Shown here one piece after another: positions 43,434 to 53,546 of a DNA stretch of 64,000 bases. The notes beneath the pieces are model-generated. The model worked only from the letters and a program-made list of their open reading frames with translations. It did no database searches and had not been told where the DNA came from. Source of the DNA: Alphaproteobacteria bacterium (lineage in GTDB: Bacteria > Pseudomonadota > Alphaproteobacteria > UBA828); NCBI GenBank assembly GCA_965221125.1, contig CBDCRW010000005.1:288001-352000 (forward strand). The letters are read 5' to 3'. Within the stretch, counting starts at the first letter, position 1. Each line of letters starts with the position of its first letter. A program made the position numbers and the translations under genes.

Positions 43434-44886
43434 GATCGTGTCCCGAGGAGTGGTGTAAGAGCGTCGCGCTTTACGCGGCATCCGGCGGGTAGGGCCGGGT
43501 TATTCAGGCTGCCACAGCGGACAGCTTGATCGTGGGATTGTCGCTCAGGGGAGCGATCGATTCCAGCGTCATGTACCTCCTTCCGACGGTCCATTCGTCG
43601 TTCTGCTCGAGCAGCACGGCGCCGACGAGGCGGGTGATGGCGTCCTCGTTGGGGAAGATGCCGACGACGTTGGTGCGTCGCTTGATCTCGCCGTTGACGC
43701 GTTCGAGCGGGTTGGTCGAGTGAAGCTTGACCCGGTGCTCCTTGGGGAAGCTCATGTAGGCGAGGACGTCGTGCTGGGCCTCGTCCATGAGGGCCGCCAG
43801 CTTGGAGGCCTTGGGCCTGAGCTGGTCGGCGATCAGGCGCCACTGGGCGGCAGCGGCCTCGGCATCGTCCTGGGCGAAGGCGGTGGCGACGAAGGCGGAG
43901 ACGACGCGCCGGCCCTGCTTGCCGGCATGGGCCAGCAGGTTGCGCATGAAGTGGACGCGGCATCTCTGCCAGGTGGCGCCGAGGATCCGGGTGGTGGCGG
44001 CCTTCAGGCCCTTGTGGTCGTCGGAGATCACCAGCTGCACGCCGCGCAGGCCGCGCCTGGTCAGCGAGCGCAGGAACTCGGTCCAGAAGGTCTCGGCCTC
44101 GGAGGCGCCGATCGCCATGCCGAGGATCTCGCGCCGGCCCTGGTCGTTGACCGCGACGGCCACGGTGACCGCGACCGGGACGATGCGCCCGGCCTCGCGC
44201 ACCTTCACGTAAGTCGCATCCAGCCAGAGATAGGGCCAGTCGCCTTCGAGCGGGCGGTCGAGGAAGCTGCGGATCTTGTCGTCTATCTCCCCGCAAAGGC
44301 GCGAGACCTGGCTCTTCGATATCCCGCTCATGCCCATGGCCTGAACCAGTTCGTCGACCGAGCGGGTCGATACCCCCTGGATGTAGGCCTCCTGGATCAC
44401 CGCCGTGAGCGCCTTCTCCGCCGTCCGTCGGGGCTCCAGGAAGCCGGGGAAGTAGCTCCCCTTCCTGAGCTTCGGAATCTTCAGGTCGACCGTGCCGGCC
44501 CGGGTCTCCCAAGGCCGATCGCGGTAGCCGTTGCGCTGGTTGATCCGCTCCGGCGTCCGCGCGCCATGCTCGGCGCCGGTCAGGCCCTCGACTTCCAGCT
44601 CCATAAGGCGCTGCGCAGAGAAGGCGATCATCTCACGCAGCAGATCGGCGTCAGAGCTCTTCTCCAACAGCGTCCGCAGGGTAAGCTTGTCATCGGTCAT
44701 CGTGGTTCTCCTTAGGCTCGGGTCGATTCGGATTCACCCAAACCCTAAACCGGAACCGCGATGGCCACCCCGCTGTGGATAACCGGCTTGGCGCCACCAG
44801 ACTCGAGGGCGGTCGCGGCGCCAAGCCGGTTACCCACAGCTACCGGGGGTAGCGGGAGCTCCTACACCACGTCTGGGGACACAACC
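43434..44886 (-). mobile_element. IS256-family insertion sequence, 1453 bp, intact
   Basis: Imperfect TIRs GATCGTGTCCCgaggaGTGGTGTA and GGTTGTGTCCCcagacGTGGTGTA; 8-bp target duplication TCTGAGAG at 43426-43433 and 44887-44894. Confidence 0.95.
43504..44700 (-). CDS. IS256-family DDE transposase
   Basis: [48 protein letters not shown]. Confidence 0.96.
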   Translation of the reverse strand: MTDDKLTLRTLLEKSSDADLLREMIAFSAQRLMELEVEGLTGAEHGARTPERINQRNGYRDRPWETRAGTVDLKIPKLRKGSYFPGFLEPRRTAEKALTAVIQEAYIQGVSTRSVDELVQAMGMSGISKSQVSRLCGEIDDKIRSFLDRPLEGDWPYLWLDATYVKVREAGRIVPVAVTVAVAVNDQGRREILGMAIGASEAETFWTEFLRSLTRRGLRGVQLVISDDHKGLKAATTRILGATWQRCRVHFMRNLLAHAGKQGRRVVSAFVATAFAQDDAEAAAAQWRLIADQLRPKASKLAALMDEAQHDVLAYMSFPKEHRVKLHSTNPLERVNGEIKRRTNVVGIFPNEDAITRLVGAVLLEQNDEWTVGRRYMTLESIAPLSDNPTIKLSAVAA

Positions 44887-45458
44887 TCTGAGAGCCGCTC
44901 ACCCGTTCCCGCTCGTGTCCACAGGGAAGCAACCGGGACGCCCCTATACATCATTCCGCACGACACCCGAGAAGGCGTGGCGCTTCCCTGAGGTCGAGTA
45001 CGGCAACGCCGGATCATCCATCGCAGCGCTGGTGCTGGACTGCGACAGGCCAGCCGAGCTGAGATGCGGCCTGCCTGAGCTACCGGACAAGCGTCATCCC
45101 CTTCGGGTGGGAGCCGCCCACCGTTCGACAGACAGGCGTGGGCCGCAACGTGGCCCTATTCGAGGCCGGCATGAGGTGGGCTGGTCGGCGGACCAACGAG
45201 CACTTGGGCGTGCTGCCTGCCCTGCTCGCCCTCAACCAGGACTTCCATCACCCCCTCCCGCTCTCTGAGGTGCAGGCGACGTCCCGAGCGCCGTCTGTAG
45301 CGAGCGGTGGGCGACAAAGATAATGCCGCGTTCGCCGACATTTATGCCGACACGGCATTACCCAAGGCTGCCGTGGCCCGCGGCGGCCCGCGCTTGCCAT
45401 CGCCCCCGCGCCGTGAAAGTTTCGTCGCCGCGCGGGGAGCAACGGGACGGCGGATGAA

Positions 45459-46127
45459 TTGCAGAGCGTCGGACTGGTGATATTCGACTGCGACGGGGTC
45501 ATCGCCGACAGCGAGGTTCTCAGCGCGCGTGTCCTGGTCCGGGAGCTTGTGGCCCACGACATTCGCATCGATGCCGAGTACGTCTATCGCAACTTCGTCG
45601 GCAAGAGCTTCCCCGTGGTGGCCGACATCATCGCCGAGCGCTTCGAGGCGGCGCTGCCCGACAGCTTCGTGAGCGATTACCGGGCGGCGCTGCGCGAGGC
45701 CTTCGCGGAATGCCTGGATACCACGCCCGGATTCCGCGCCATGCTGGGTCAACTGACCTGCCCCGCCTGCGTCGCCACCAGCTCAAGCGCGCCGCGCGCG
45801 GCCAACACGCTGGAGGTCCTGGGACTGGCCGAGCGCTTCGGCGCCGATGTCTTCACGGCCTCCCAGGTCGCGCAAGGCAAGCCCGCGCCCGATCTCTTCC
45901 TGTTCGCCGCCGGCGCGATGTCGACACCGCCCGCGCGCTGCCTGGTGATCGAGGACAGCGTCGCCGGCATCGAGGCGGGGCTCGCCGCCGGCATGATGGT
46001 CTGGCGCTACGTCGGCGCATCGCACATCGCCGACCGCGCGCGGGCGCACGCCGAGACGCCTGCGGGCGTCACGGTCTTTGACAACTGGGACCAGTTTTAC
46101 GTACTGGCGCCCTGCTTGAGGGCGTGA
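45459..46127 (+). CDS. HAD-family phosphatase
   Basis: IFDCDGVIADSE, ATSS, KPAPDLF, IEDS. Confidence 0.9.
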   Translation: MQSVGLVIFDCDGVIADSEVLSARVLVRELVAHDIRIDAEYVYRNFVGKSFPVVADIIAERFEAALPDSFVSDYRAALREAFAECLDTTPGFRAMLGQLTCPACVATSSSAPRAANTLEVLGLAERFGADVFTASQVAQGKPAPDLFLFAAGAMSTPPARCLVIEDSVAGIEAGLAAGMMVWRYVGASHIADRARAHAETPAGVTVFDNWDQFYVLAPCLRA

Positions 46128-46137
46128 CAGGGCGAGC

Positions 46138-47091
46138 ATGGCCAGGAGCAACGGCGGCAGCCGACTGGACGACGCGGCCCGGGCCGGGTGGCTCTACTAC
46201 GTCGCGGGCAACACGCAGGACGAGATTGCCCAGAAGCTCGGCGTCTCGCGGCAGTCAGCGCAGAGGCTCGTGTCGCTCGCGGTCAGCGAGAAGCTGATCA
46301 AGTTCCGGCTGGATCACCCGATCGCGCGCTGCATGGAGCTTTCCGAGCGGCTGAGCGAGCGCTTCGGCCTGCAGTCATGCGAGATCGTGCCTTCCGATCC
46401 GGGCGCGCCCGAGTCGATCGCTGGCGTCGCCATCGCCGGCGCCGCCGAGATACAGAAGCACCTCGATACGAAGACGCCCAGGGTTGTCGCGGTGGGGACG
46501 GGTCGCGTGCTGCGCGCCTGCGTCGAGCAGCTGCCGGCGATGGACTGCCCGCAGCATCACCTCGTCTCGCTGGTCGGCAACACGATGCCCGACGGGTCCG
46601 CCACCGCTTACAACGTGGTGGTCCGCATGGCCGAGCGCGTGGGCGGGCGGCACAACCCGATGCCGCTCCCCGTTCTGGTGCGCAAGCCGGCCGAGTTGCC
46701 GATCCTGCACAGCCAGGAGCCGGTCGCGAAGACGCTGGGGCTCTGCGCCGACGCTCACGCGATCTTCGTGGGCATCGGCCATATCGACGGCTCGGCGCCG
46801 CTCACCGTGGATGGCTTCATCACCCATGAGGAAAGCCGGGCGCTGATCCGCATGGGGGCGGTGGGCGAGATCGTCGGCTGGGTCTTCGATTCCGGCGGCG
46901 CGCTGATCGAGGGGCTGACGAACGACCGGGTCTCGAGCGCCCCGCTGGTGCCCGCCAACCCGCGCCCGGTGGTGGGACTCGCCGTCGGCGAGGTCAAGGT
47001 CGCCGCGATACTGGGGGCGCTGCGCGGCCGGCTGATCAACGCGCTGGTGACCGACGAAGCCACGGCCGAGGCCGTTCTGGCGCGAGCCTGA
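46138..47091 (+). CDS. smoC: SorC/DeoR-type sugar-binding regulator (SmoC-like)
   Basis: RAGWLYYVAGNTQDEIA, VSRQSAQRL HTH, sugar-binding domain ending LVTDEATA. Confidence 0.85.
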   Translation: MARSNGGSRLDDAARAGWLYYVAGNTQDEIAQKLGVSRQSAQRLVSLAVSEKLIKFRLDHPIARCMELSERLSERFGLQSCEIVPSDPGAPESIAGVAIAGAAEIQKHLDTKTPRVVAVGTGRVLRACVEQLPAMDCPQHHLVSLVGNTMPDGSATAYNVVVRMAERVGGRHNPMPLPVLVRKPAELPILHSQEPVAKTLGLCADAHAIFVGIGHIDGSAPLTVDGFITHEESRALIRMGAVGEIVGWVFDSGGALIEGLTNDRVSSAPLVPANPRPVVGLAVGEVKVAAILGALRGRLINALVTDEATAEAVLARA

Positions 47092-47231
47092 ATACCCCAA
47101 CGCTCTGGTATGACGTGACGTTCGTGCATCGCCGCCGGCGGCGCCCATTCCACATTGACTCTTGGAATCGCTTCAACGAGTATTTGCCCGTCTCAATAGC
47201 AATTGCTCACCCCGAGCATGGAGAGAAAGCG

Positions 47232-48545
47232 ATGAAGACCAGACTTGGTACCCTAATGGGCGCCGTTGCTGCCACGTGCCTTCTGGCCACGGCAGCCGCC
47301 GCCGAGACGCTGACGATCGCCACCGTCAACAATGGCGACATGATCCGCATGCAGGGTCTCACCGACGACTTTACCGCCAACAACCCCGGCATCGAACTGG
47401 AGTGGGTGACGCTGGAGGAGAACATCCTGCGCCAGCGCGTGACCACCGACATCGCCACCAAGGGCGGCCAGTACGACATCATGACCATCGGCACCTACGA
47501 GGTTCCGATCTGGGGCAAGCAGGGTTGGCTGGTCGGCCTGAACGACCTGCCGGAGAGCTACGACATCGACGACCTGCTGCCGGCGATCCGCGGCGGCCTC
47601 ACCGTTGACGGCGAGCTCTATGCCGCGCCCTTCTACGGCGAGAGCTCGATGGTGATGTATCGCACCGACCTGATGGAGAAGGCCGGGCTTGAGATGCCGG
47701 AGGCCCCCACCTGGGACTTCATCGCCCAGGCTGCCCGCGCCATGACCGACAAGGACAACGAGATCTACGGCGTCTGCCTGCGCGGCAAGGCCGGCTGGGG
47801 CGAGAACGCGGCCTTCATCACGGCCACGTCCAACAGCTTCGGCGCGCGCTGGTTCGACGAGAACTGGAACCCGCAGTTCGACAGCCAGGCGTGGTCGGAC
47901 ACGCTGACCTTCTACCTCGACCTGATGGCCGACGCGGGCCCTCCGGGCGCGTCGTCCAACGGGTTCAACGAGAACCTCGCGCTGTTCCAGACCGGCAAGT
48001 GCGGCATGTGGATCGACGCCACCGTGGCTGCGTCCTTCGTGACCAATCCGAATGACTCGACAGTGCACGACAAGGTCGGCTTCGCGCTCGCTCCCGATAA
48101 CGGGCTCGGCAAGCGCAGCAACTGGCTCTGGGCCTGGTCGCTGGCGATCCCGGCGGGTTCCGAGAAGGTCGAGGCCGCGAAGAAGTTCATCGCCTGGGCC
48201 ACCTCGAAGGAGTACCTCGCGCTGGTCGCCTCGAAGGAGGGCTGGGCGAACGTGCCGCCGGGCACCCGCACCTCGCTCTACGAGAACCCGGAGTACGCCA
48301 AGGTTCCGTTCGCCAAGATGACGCTGGACAGCATCAACTCGGCCGATCCGACGAACCCGGCGGTCGATCCGGTGCCGTACGTCGGCGTGCAGTTCGTCGC
48401 GATTCCCGAGTTCCAGGGCATCGCGACGGCCGTGGGCCAGCAGTTCTCGGCCGCGCTCGCCGGCACGGTGAGCGCCGAGGAGGCGCTGGCGAACGCGCAG
48501 GCGCTGACCGTTCGTGAAATGACGAAGGCGGGCTACATCAACTAG
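47232..48545 (+). CDS. smoE: Polyol (sorbitol/mannitol) ABC transporter substrate-binding protein
   Basis: Signal peptide, TIATVNNGDM, RVTTDIATKGGQ, CLRGKAGWGEN, VGVQFVAIPEFQ. Start set at ATG 47232. Confidence 0.9.
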   Translation: MKTRLGTLMGAVAATCLLATAAAAETLTIATVNNGDMIRMQGLTDDFTANNPGIELEWVTLEENILRQRVTTDIATKGGQYDIMTIGTYEVPIWGKQGWLVGLNDLPESYDIDDLLPAIRGGLTVDGELYAAPFYGESSMVMYRTDLMEKAGLEMPEAPTWDFIAQAARAMTDKDNEIYGVCLRGKAGWGENAAFITATSNSFGARWFDENWNPQFDSQAWSDTLTFYLDLMADAGPPGASSNGFNENLALFQTGKCGMWIDATVAASFVTNPNDSTVHDKVGFALAPDNGLGKRSNWLWAWSLAIPAGSEKVEAAKKFIAWATSKEYLALVASKEGWANVPPGTRTSLYENPEYAKVPFAKMTLDSINSADPTNPAVDPVPYVGVQFVAIPEFQGIATAVGQQFSAALAGTVSAEEALANAQALTVREMTKAGYIN

Positions 48546-48620
48546 CCTGGATACCCGCATTCCGGTGGGGGCCGGCTGACCGGCCCCCATCGGACCCGAC
48601 GCAAGCGAGAGATCCGTTCC

Positions 48621-49493
48621 ATGCCGACGCAACACTCCCGAGTGAGAGCGCGGCTGATGATCTCTCCGGCGGTCCTGCTGCTGCTGGGCTGGATGCTCAT
48701 TCCGCTCGGCCTCACGGTCTATTTCTCGCTGCTCCGCTACAACCTGCTCATGCCGGGCATGGAGCAGTGGACCGGCGTGGACAACTACCGCTACTTCCTC
48801 ACCGACCCCGCCTTTTACGACGCGCTGCGGAACACCCTGGTGCTCGTCGGCGGCGTGCTCGCGATCACCGTCATCGGCGGCGTGCTGCTGGCGCTGCTGC
48901 TCGATCAGCCCTTCTGGGGGCGCGGGATCGTCCGGGTCCTGGTGATCGCGCCCTTCTTCATCATGCCGACCGTCTCGGCCCTGGTGTGGAAGAACATGTT
49001 CATGAACCCGGTCTCGGGCCTGTTCGCCCATGCCGCCAAGGGGCTCGGGCTGGAGCCCTTCGATTTCCTGGCGCATGCGCCGCTTTTCTCGATCATCCTG
49101 ATGGTGAGCTGGCAGTGGCTGCCGTTCGCCACCCTGATCCTGCTGACCGCGCTGCAGTCGCTCGACAGCGAGCAGCTCGAAGCCTCGGAGATGGACGGGG
49201 CGAACTACTGGAACCGCTTCCTCTTCATCGTGCTGCCGCATCTCGCGCGCGCGATCACGGTGGTGATCCTGATCCAGACGATCTTCCTGCTCTCCATCTT
49301 CGCCGAGATCCTGGTGACCACGACCGGCGGCCCCGGCACGGCGACGACCAACCTGACCTTCCTGATCTATGCCCAGTCGCTCCTCCACTTCGACGTGGGC
49401 GGCGGCGCGGCCGGCGGAATCATCGCCATCGTCCTCGCCAACATCGTCGCGATCTTCCTGATGCGGATGATCGGCAAGAACCTGGACGCGTAA
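48621..49493 (+). CDS. smoF: Polyol ABC transporter permease
   Basis: Multiple TM helices, WQWLPFA, EAA-like loop EASEMDGA. Confidence 0.88.
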   Translation: MPTQHSRVRARLMISPAVLLLLGWMLIPLGLTVYFSLLRYNLLMPGMEQWTGVDNYRYFLTDPAFYDALRNTLVLVGGVLAITVIGGVLLALLLDQPFWGRGIVRVLVIAPFFIMPTVSALVWKNMFMNPVSGLFAHAAKGLGLEPFDFLAHAPLFSIILMVSWQWLPFATLILLTALQSLDSEQLEASEMDGANYWNRFLFIVLPHLARAITVVILIQTIFLLSIFAEILVTTTGGPGTATTNLTFLIYAQSLLHFDVGGGAAGGIIAIVLANIVAIFLMRMIGKNLDA

Positions 49494-49505
49494 GGGGATC
49501 GCGGC

Positions 49506-50336
49506 ATGGCGCGCAACGTCTCACCCTCCCGCAAGGCCGCGACGACGGCGCTCGCCTGGATCATCGGGCTCGCGATCTTCTTCCCGATCCTGTGGACGAT
49601 CCTGACCAGCTTCAAGACCGAGGCCGAGGCCATCGCCTCGCCGCCGAGCTTCATCCTGTTCGACTGGACGCTGGAGAACTTCGCCATCGTTCAGGAGCGC
49701 TCGGACTATTTCCGCCACTTCCTGAACTCGGTGATCATCTCGGTCGGCTCGACGGTGCTCGGCCTGATCATCGCGATCCCGGCGGCCTGGTCGATGGCCT
49801 TCGTGCCGACGAAGCGCACCAAGCACGTCCTGATGTGGATGCTGTCGACCAAGATGCTGCCGCCGGTCGGCGTCCTGGTCCCGATCTACCTGATCTTCCG
49901 CGATGCCGGCCTGCTCGACACCCAGGCGGGGCTGGTGATCGTGCTCACCCTCATCAACCTGCCGATCATCATCTGGATGCTCTACACCTACTTCCGGGAG
50001 GTCCCCGTCGAGATCCTGGAAGCCGCACGGATGGACGGGGCCACGCTGCGCTCGGAAATCGTCTACGTGCTCACGCCGATGGCCGTGCCCGGCATCGCGT
50101 CGACCCTGCTGCTCAACATCATTCTCGCCTGGAACGAGGCGTTCTGGACGCTCAACCTGACGGCGGCCAAGGCGGCCCCGCTCACGGCCTTCATCGCCGC
50201 CTACTCGAGCCCCGAGGGCCTGTTCTACGCCAAGCTGAGCGCCGCCAGCACGCTCGCCATCGCGCCCATCCTGATCATGGGCTGGTTCAGCCAGAGGCAG
50301 CTCGTGCGCGGGCTCACCTTCGGCGCGGTGAAATAG
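49506..50336 (+). CDS. smoG: Polyol ABC transporter permease
   Basis: TM helices, [19 protein letters not shown]. Confidence 0.88.
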   Translation: MARNVSPSRKAATTALAWIIGLAIFFPILWTILTSFKTEAEAIASPPSFILFDWTLENFAIVQERSDYFRHFLNSVIISVGSTVLGLIIAIPAAWSMAFVPTKRTKHVLMWMLSTKMLPPVGVLVPIYLIFRDAGLLDTQAGLVIVLTLINLPIIIWMLYTYFREVPVEILEAARMDGATLRSEIVYVLTPMAVPGIASTLLLNIILAWNEAFWTLNLTAAKAAPLTAFIAAYSSPEGLFYAKLSAASTLAIAPILIMGWFSQRQLVRGLTFGAVK

Positions 50337-50346
50337 GAGGCCGGCC

Positions 50347-51351
50347 ATGGGCCAGATACGACTGAGCGAAGTCTCCAAGAGCTTTGGCGACGTGGAGGTG
50401 ATCCGGCCGCTGGACCTGGAGATCGCCGACGGCGAATTCGTGGTCTTCGTGGGCCCGTCCGGCTGCGGCAAGTCCACCCTCCTGCGCCTGATCGCCGGGC
50501 TTGAGGACGTCACCGCCGGCCGCATCGAGATCGACGGGGCCGACGCCACCCAGCTCCCCCCCGCCAAGCGCCGACTGGCGATGGTGTTCCAGTCCTACGC
50601 GCTCTATCCGCACATGTCGGTGCGCAAGAACATCGCCTTTCCGCTCCGCATGGCCGGGCTCGGCAAGGACGAGCAGATGAGGAAGGTCGAGGAGGCGGCA
50701 AGGGTTCTCAACCTGACCGAGTACCTCGACCGCCGCCCCCGTCAGCTCTCCGGCGGGCAGCGCCAGCGGGTCGCCATCGGCCGGGCCATCGTGCGCGAGC
50801 CCACCGCGTTCCTCTTCGACGAGCCGCTCTCCAATCTCGACGCGGCGCTCCGCGTCAACATGCGGCTCGAGATCTCCGAGCTGCACCAGAACCTGGCCAC
50901 CACCATGGTCTACGTCACCCACGACCAGGTCGAGGCGATGACCATGGCCGAGAAGATCGTCGTGCTGCAGGAGGGCGTGATCGAGCAGGTGGGGAGCCCG
51001 CTGGAGCTGTACAGCGCGCCCCGTAACAGGTTCGTGGCGGGCTTCATCGGCTCGCCCACGATGAACTTCCTGAACGGCGCGGAGGCGGCACGGCACGGCG
51101 CGCACAGCATCGGCATCCGCCCGGAGCACCTGGCGATCTCCGCCAGCGAAGGCGCCTGGCAGGGCACGGTCGGCGTCGCCGAGCACCTGGGATCCGACAC
51201 GTACCTCTACGTCCATCTCGCGGAGGGCCGGGGAACGCTGACCGTCCGCGCCGGCGGCGAGTTCGGCGCGCACCACGGCGATACCGTCCACGTGACCCCC
51301 GATCCGGCCAAGATCCACCGCTTCGACGCCGCAGGCCTGCGCATCGAATGA
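50347..51351 (+). CDS. smoK: Polyol ABC transporter ATP-binding protein
   Basis: [34 protein letters not shown]. Confidence 0.9.
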   Translation: MGQIRLSEVSKSFGDVEVIRPLDLEIADGEFVVFVGPSGCGKSTLLRLIAGLEDVTAGRIEIDGADATQLPPAKRRLAMVFQSYALYPHMSVRKNIAFPLRMAGLGKDEQMRKVEEAARVLNLTEYLDRRPRQLSGGQRQRVAIGRAIVREPTAFLFDEPLSNLDAALRVNMRLEISELHQNLATTMVYVTHDQVEAMTMAEKIVVLQEGVIEQVGSPLELYSAPRNRFVAGFIGSPTMNFLNGAEAARHGAHSIGIRPEHLAISASEGAWQGTVGVAEHLGSDTYLYVHLAEGRGTLTVRAGGEFGAHHGDTVHVTPDPAKIHRFDAAGLRIE

Positions 51352-51469
51352 CGGGCCGGATCGGACATGCGGCACCGCTCGCGCCGCAGGGCCTGAGCGG
51401 AGCGATCCCTCGCTTCTCTTCGTGCGCGGCGTGCCGCGTCACCCGCATCCAGCGGCACGGACAACAAGA

Positions 51470-52957
51470 ATGAACGGAGCGGTCAAGCCTGTGAAACTTT
51501 CCCTCGCCAATCTCGACCGCCTGCCGGATGGCGTCGCCGGCCCGTGCTACGAGCGGTCCTCGCTCAGCCCCGGCATCCTGCACATCGGCGTCGGCAACTT
51601 CCATCGCTCCCACCAGATGGTCTACCTGGACAGGCTCTTCGCGCAGGGCCGCGACCGCGACTGGGCGGTCGTCGGCGCCGGGATCAAGTCCCACGACGCC
51701 GAGCAGCGCCGCCGGCTCGCGGCGCAGGACTGGCTGACGACGGTGGTCGACCTCAGCGCCGACGGGTCCTCGGCGCGGGTCGTGGGCTCGATGGTCGATT
51801 TCTGCGAGGTCCGCGCCGAGGCGATCATCGCCCGCCTTGCCGACCCGGCGATCCGCATCGTCTCGCTCACGATCACCGAGGGCGGGTACTACATCGATGC
51901 GACGACCGGCGGCTTCGACGCGGACCATCCGGAAATCCGCCACGATACCGCGCATCCCGGCGATCCCCGGACCGTGTTCGGCGTGCTGCTCGCAGCGCTC
52001 GGGCAGCGCCGCGCGCAGGGACTCGCGCCGTTCACCGTGCTCTCCTGCGACAACGTGCCGCACAACGGCGACGTCACCCGCCGGACCGTGCTGGGCCTTG
52101 CGGCGCTGGTCTCGCAGGACCAGCACGACTGGATCGCCGACGCCGTCGCCTTTCCCAACGCGATGGTCGACTGCATCACGCCGGCCACGTCGGAGCGCGA
52201 GCGCGAGCTGGTGGCGCAGCGCTTCGGCCTGGACGATGCCTCGCCCGTCGTCTGCGAGCCCTTCAGACAGTGGGTGATCGAGGACGACTTTCCTCAAGGG
52301 CGCCCGGCGCTGGAGCACGTCGGCGTGCAGTTCGTGGACGACGTCACCCCCTATGAGACCATGAAGCTCCGCATCCTCAACGCGAGCCACATGGCGATCG
52401 CCTATCCCTCGGCCCTGCTTGGCTACGAGGCCGTTCACGACGCCATGGACGACGCCGACATCGCGCGCTGGATGCTGCAGCTGATGCGCCGCGAGGTCAT
52501 TCCCGTGCTCACGCCGATTCCCGGCCTCGATTTCGACGACTACCTGACCACCTGCGCCCAGCGCTTCTCGAACCCCGCGCTCGGTGACACCATCGCGCGG
52601 CTCTGCCAGGATGCCTCCAACCGGCTGCCGAAATTCGTGCTGCCCACGGTCTCGGACGCGCTTGCGCGCGGGGCGCCAATCGACGGTCTGGCGCTGGAGA
52701 TCGCGTTCTGGAGCCGCATGTGCGCCGCCGCCGCCGACTCAGGCATCGCGCTCGACGACATGAGGAGCGATCAGTTGACCGCCGCAGCGCGGGCCGCACG
52801 GCGCGATCCCACGGCCTTCCTCGGTCTCTCCGAGGTTTTTGGCGACCTCGGCCGGAGCAGAGCGCTGGCGGAGGCCTTCGCACGGCAGCTCGAAGAGGTA
52901 TCGTCCAGGGGGCCGCGCGAGGCCATGCGGCGCTTCTTCGACGGCGTGGAGGCCTGA
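51470..52957 (+). CDS. mtlK: Mannitol 2-dehydrogenase family protein
   Basis: HIGVGNFHRSHQ, SLTITEGGY, SCDN, FPNAMVDCITP, QWVIEDDF, KLRILN. Start could also be GTG 51491. Confidence 0.88.
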   Translation: MNGAVKPVKLSLANLDRLPDGVAGPCYERSSLSPGILHIGVGNFHRSHQMVYLDRLFAQGRDRDWAVVGAGIKSHDAEQRRRLAAQDWLTTVVDLSADGSSARVVGSMVDFCEVRAEAIIARLADPAIRIVSLTITEGGYYIDATTGGFDADHPEIRHDTAHPGDPRTVFGVLLAALGQRRAQGLAPFTVLSCDNVPHNGDVTRRTVLGLAALVSQDQHDWIADAVAFPNAMVDCITPATSERERELVAQRFGLDDASPVVCEPFRQWVIEDDFPQGRPALEHVGVQFVDDVTPYETMKLRILNASHMAIAYPSALLGYEAVHDAMDDADIARWMLQLMRREVIPVLTPIPGLDFDDYLTTCAQRFSNPALGDTIARLCQDASNRLPKFVLPTVSDALARGAPIDGLALEIAFWSRMCAAAADSGIALDDMRSDQLTAAARAARRDPTAFLGLSEVFGDLGRSRALAEAFARQLEEVSSRGPREAMRRFFDGVEA

Positions 52958-52961
52958 TCCG

Positions 52962-53020
52962 ATGCTGCTTTGCTGCGGCGAAGCCCTGATCGACATGATC
53001 CCGATGCCAACCGGCGTTTC
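52962..53020 (+). pseudogene. N-terminal fragment of a PfkB fructokinase-like gene
   Basis: MLLCCGEALIDMIP starts 5 nt after the mtlK stop, then runs into unrelated lower-GC sequence. Confidence 0.7.
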
Positions 53021-53546
53021 ATGCTTCCCGAGGATATCCCTGAGAACCAGTTGTCTTTCGAAGCGCCCCACGCATCCTGACGGGCCGATTGCCAAGTTAG
53101 CCCCCAAGGATAGGTTGGAGTTTCTTGGGGGGCAGCCTGAAGCCGGCGCGACCCAAATGGCCTCAATTTTCATCATAGACCACATCGCCGGCTACTCGCC
53201 CTAGGTGCGCGGCGGCGTGCCGGCGCTGATCGAGCATTTTCGGAGCTCGAGATGCGCGTCTTGGGTGTCGCACGGGCCAGGCGGAGCGGGAGCGCGTGTC
53301 GCCTTAGATGGCTCTCGGCCAAGCTCGGTAGCGAGGGACGCAGGCCGTGACACTATCGAGAGTTCCGGGCTAGGCTCCTGCAGTCGGAAAGACGCCGCGG
53401 GCCGGGGCTCCTGCGGCAGGAATGGGCCGGCGAATTACCGAGGCGATCTGGCGGGCGCAGCAAACGGCGGCGCTTCGCCGCCAGGGTGGGGAGGCCGCTC
53501 CGTCTCGCCACGGTCGTCGAGGCCGTGAGGCGCACAGGAGGCTCCA

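Larger units (their letters stand above)
43350..45323 (+). pseudogene. Plasmid replicase (ColE2-Rep/PriCT-like) remnant, split by IS256 and internally deleted; start approximate
   Basis: Removing the IS and one target-duplication copy restores the frame VLGHGLR-AAHPFPLVSTGK...ALVLDCDRP. A second frame gives IPFGWEPP...GRNVALFEAGMRWA...PLPLSEV. Confidence 0.65.

Noticed and set aside
53020-53185. Minus-strand peptide faintly resembling an immunity-protein fragment
   Set aside because: Similarity is limited to a few residues and cannot be supported without a search.
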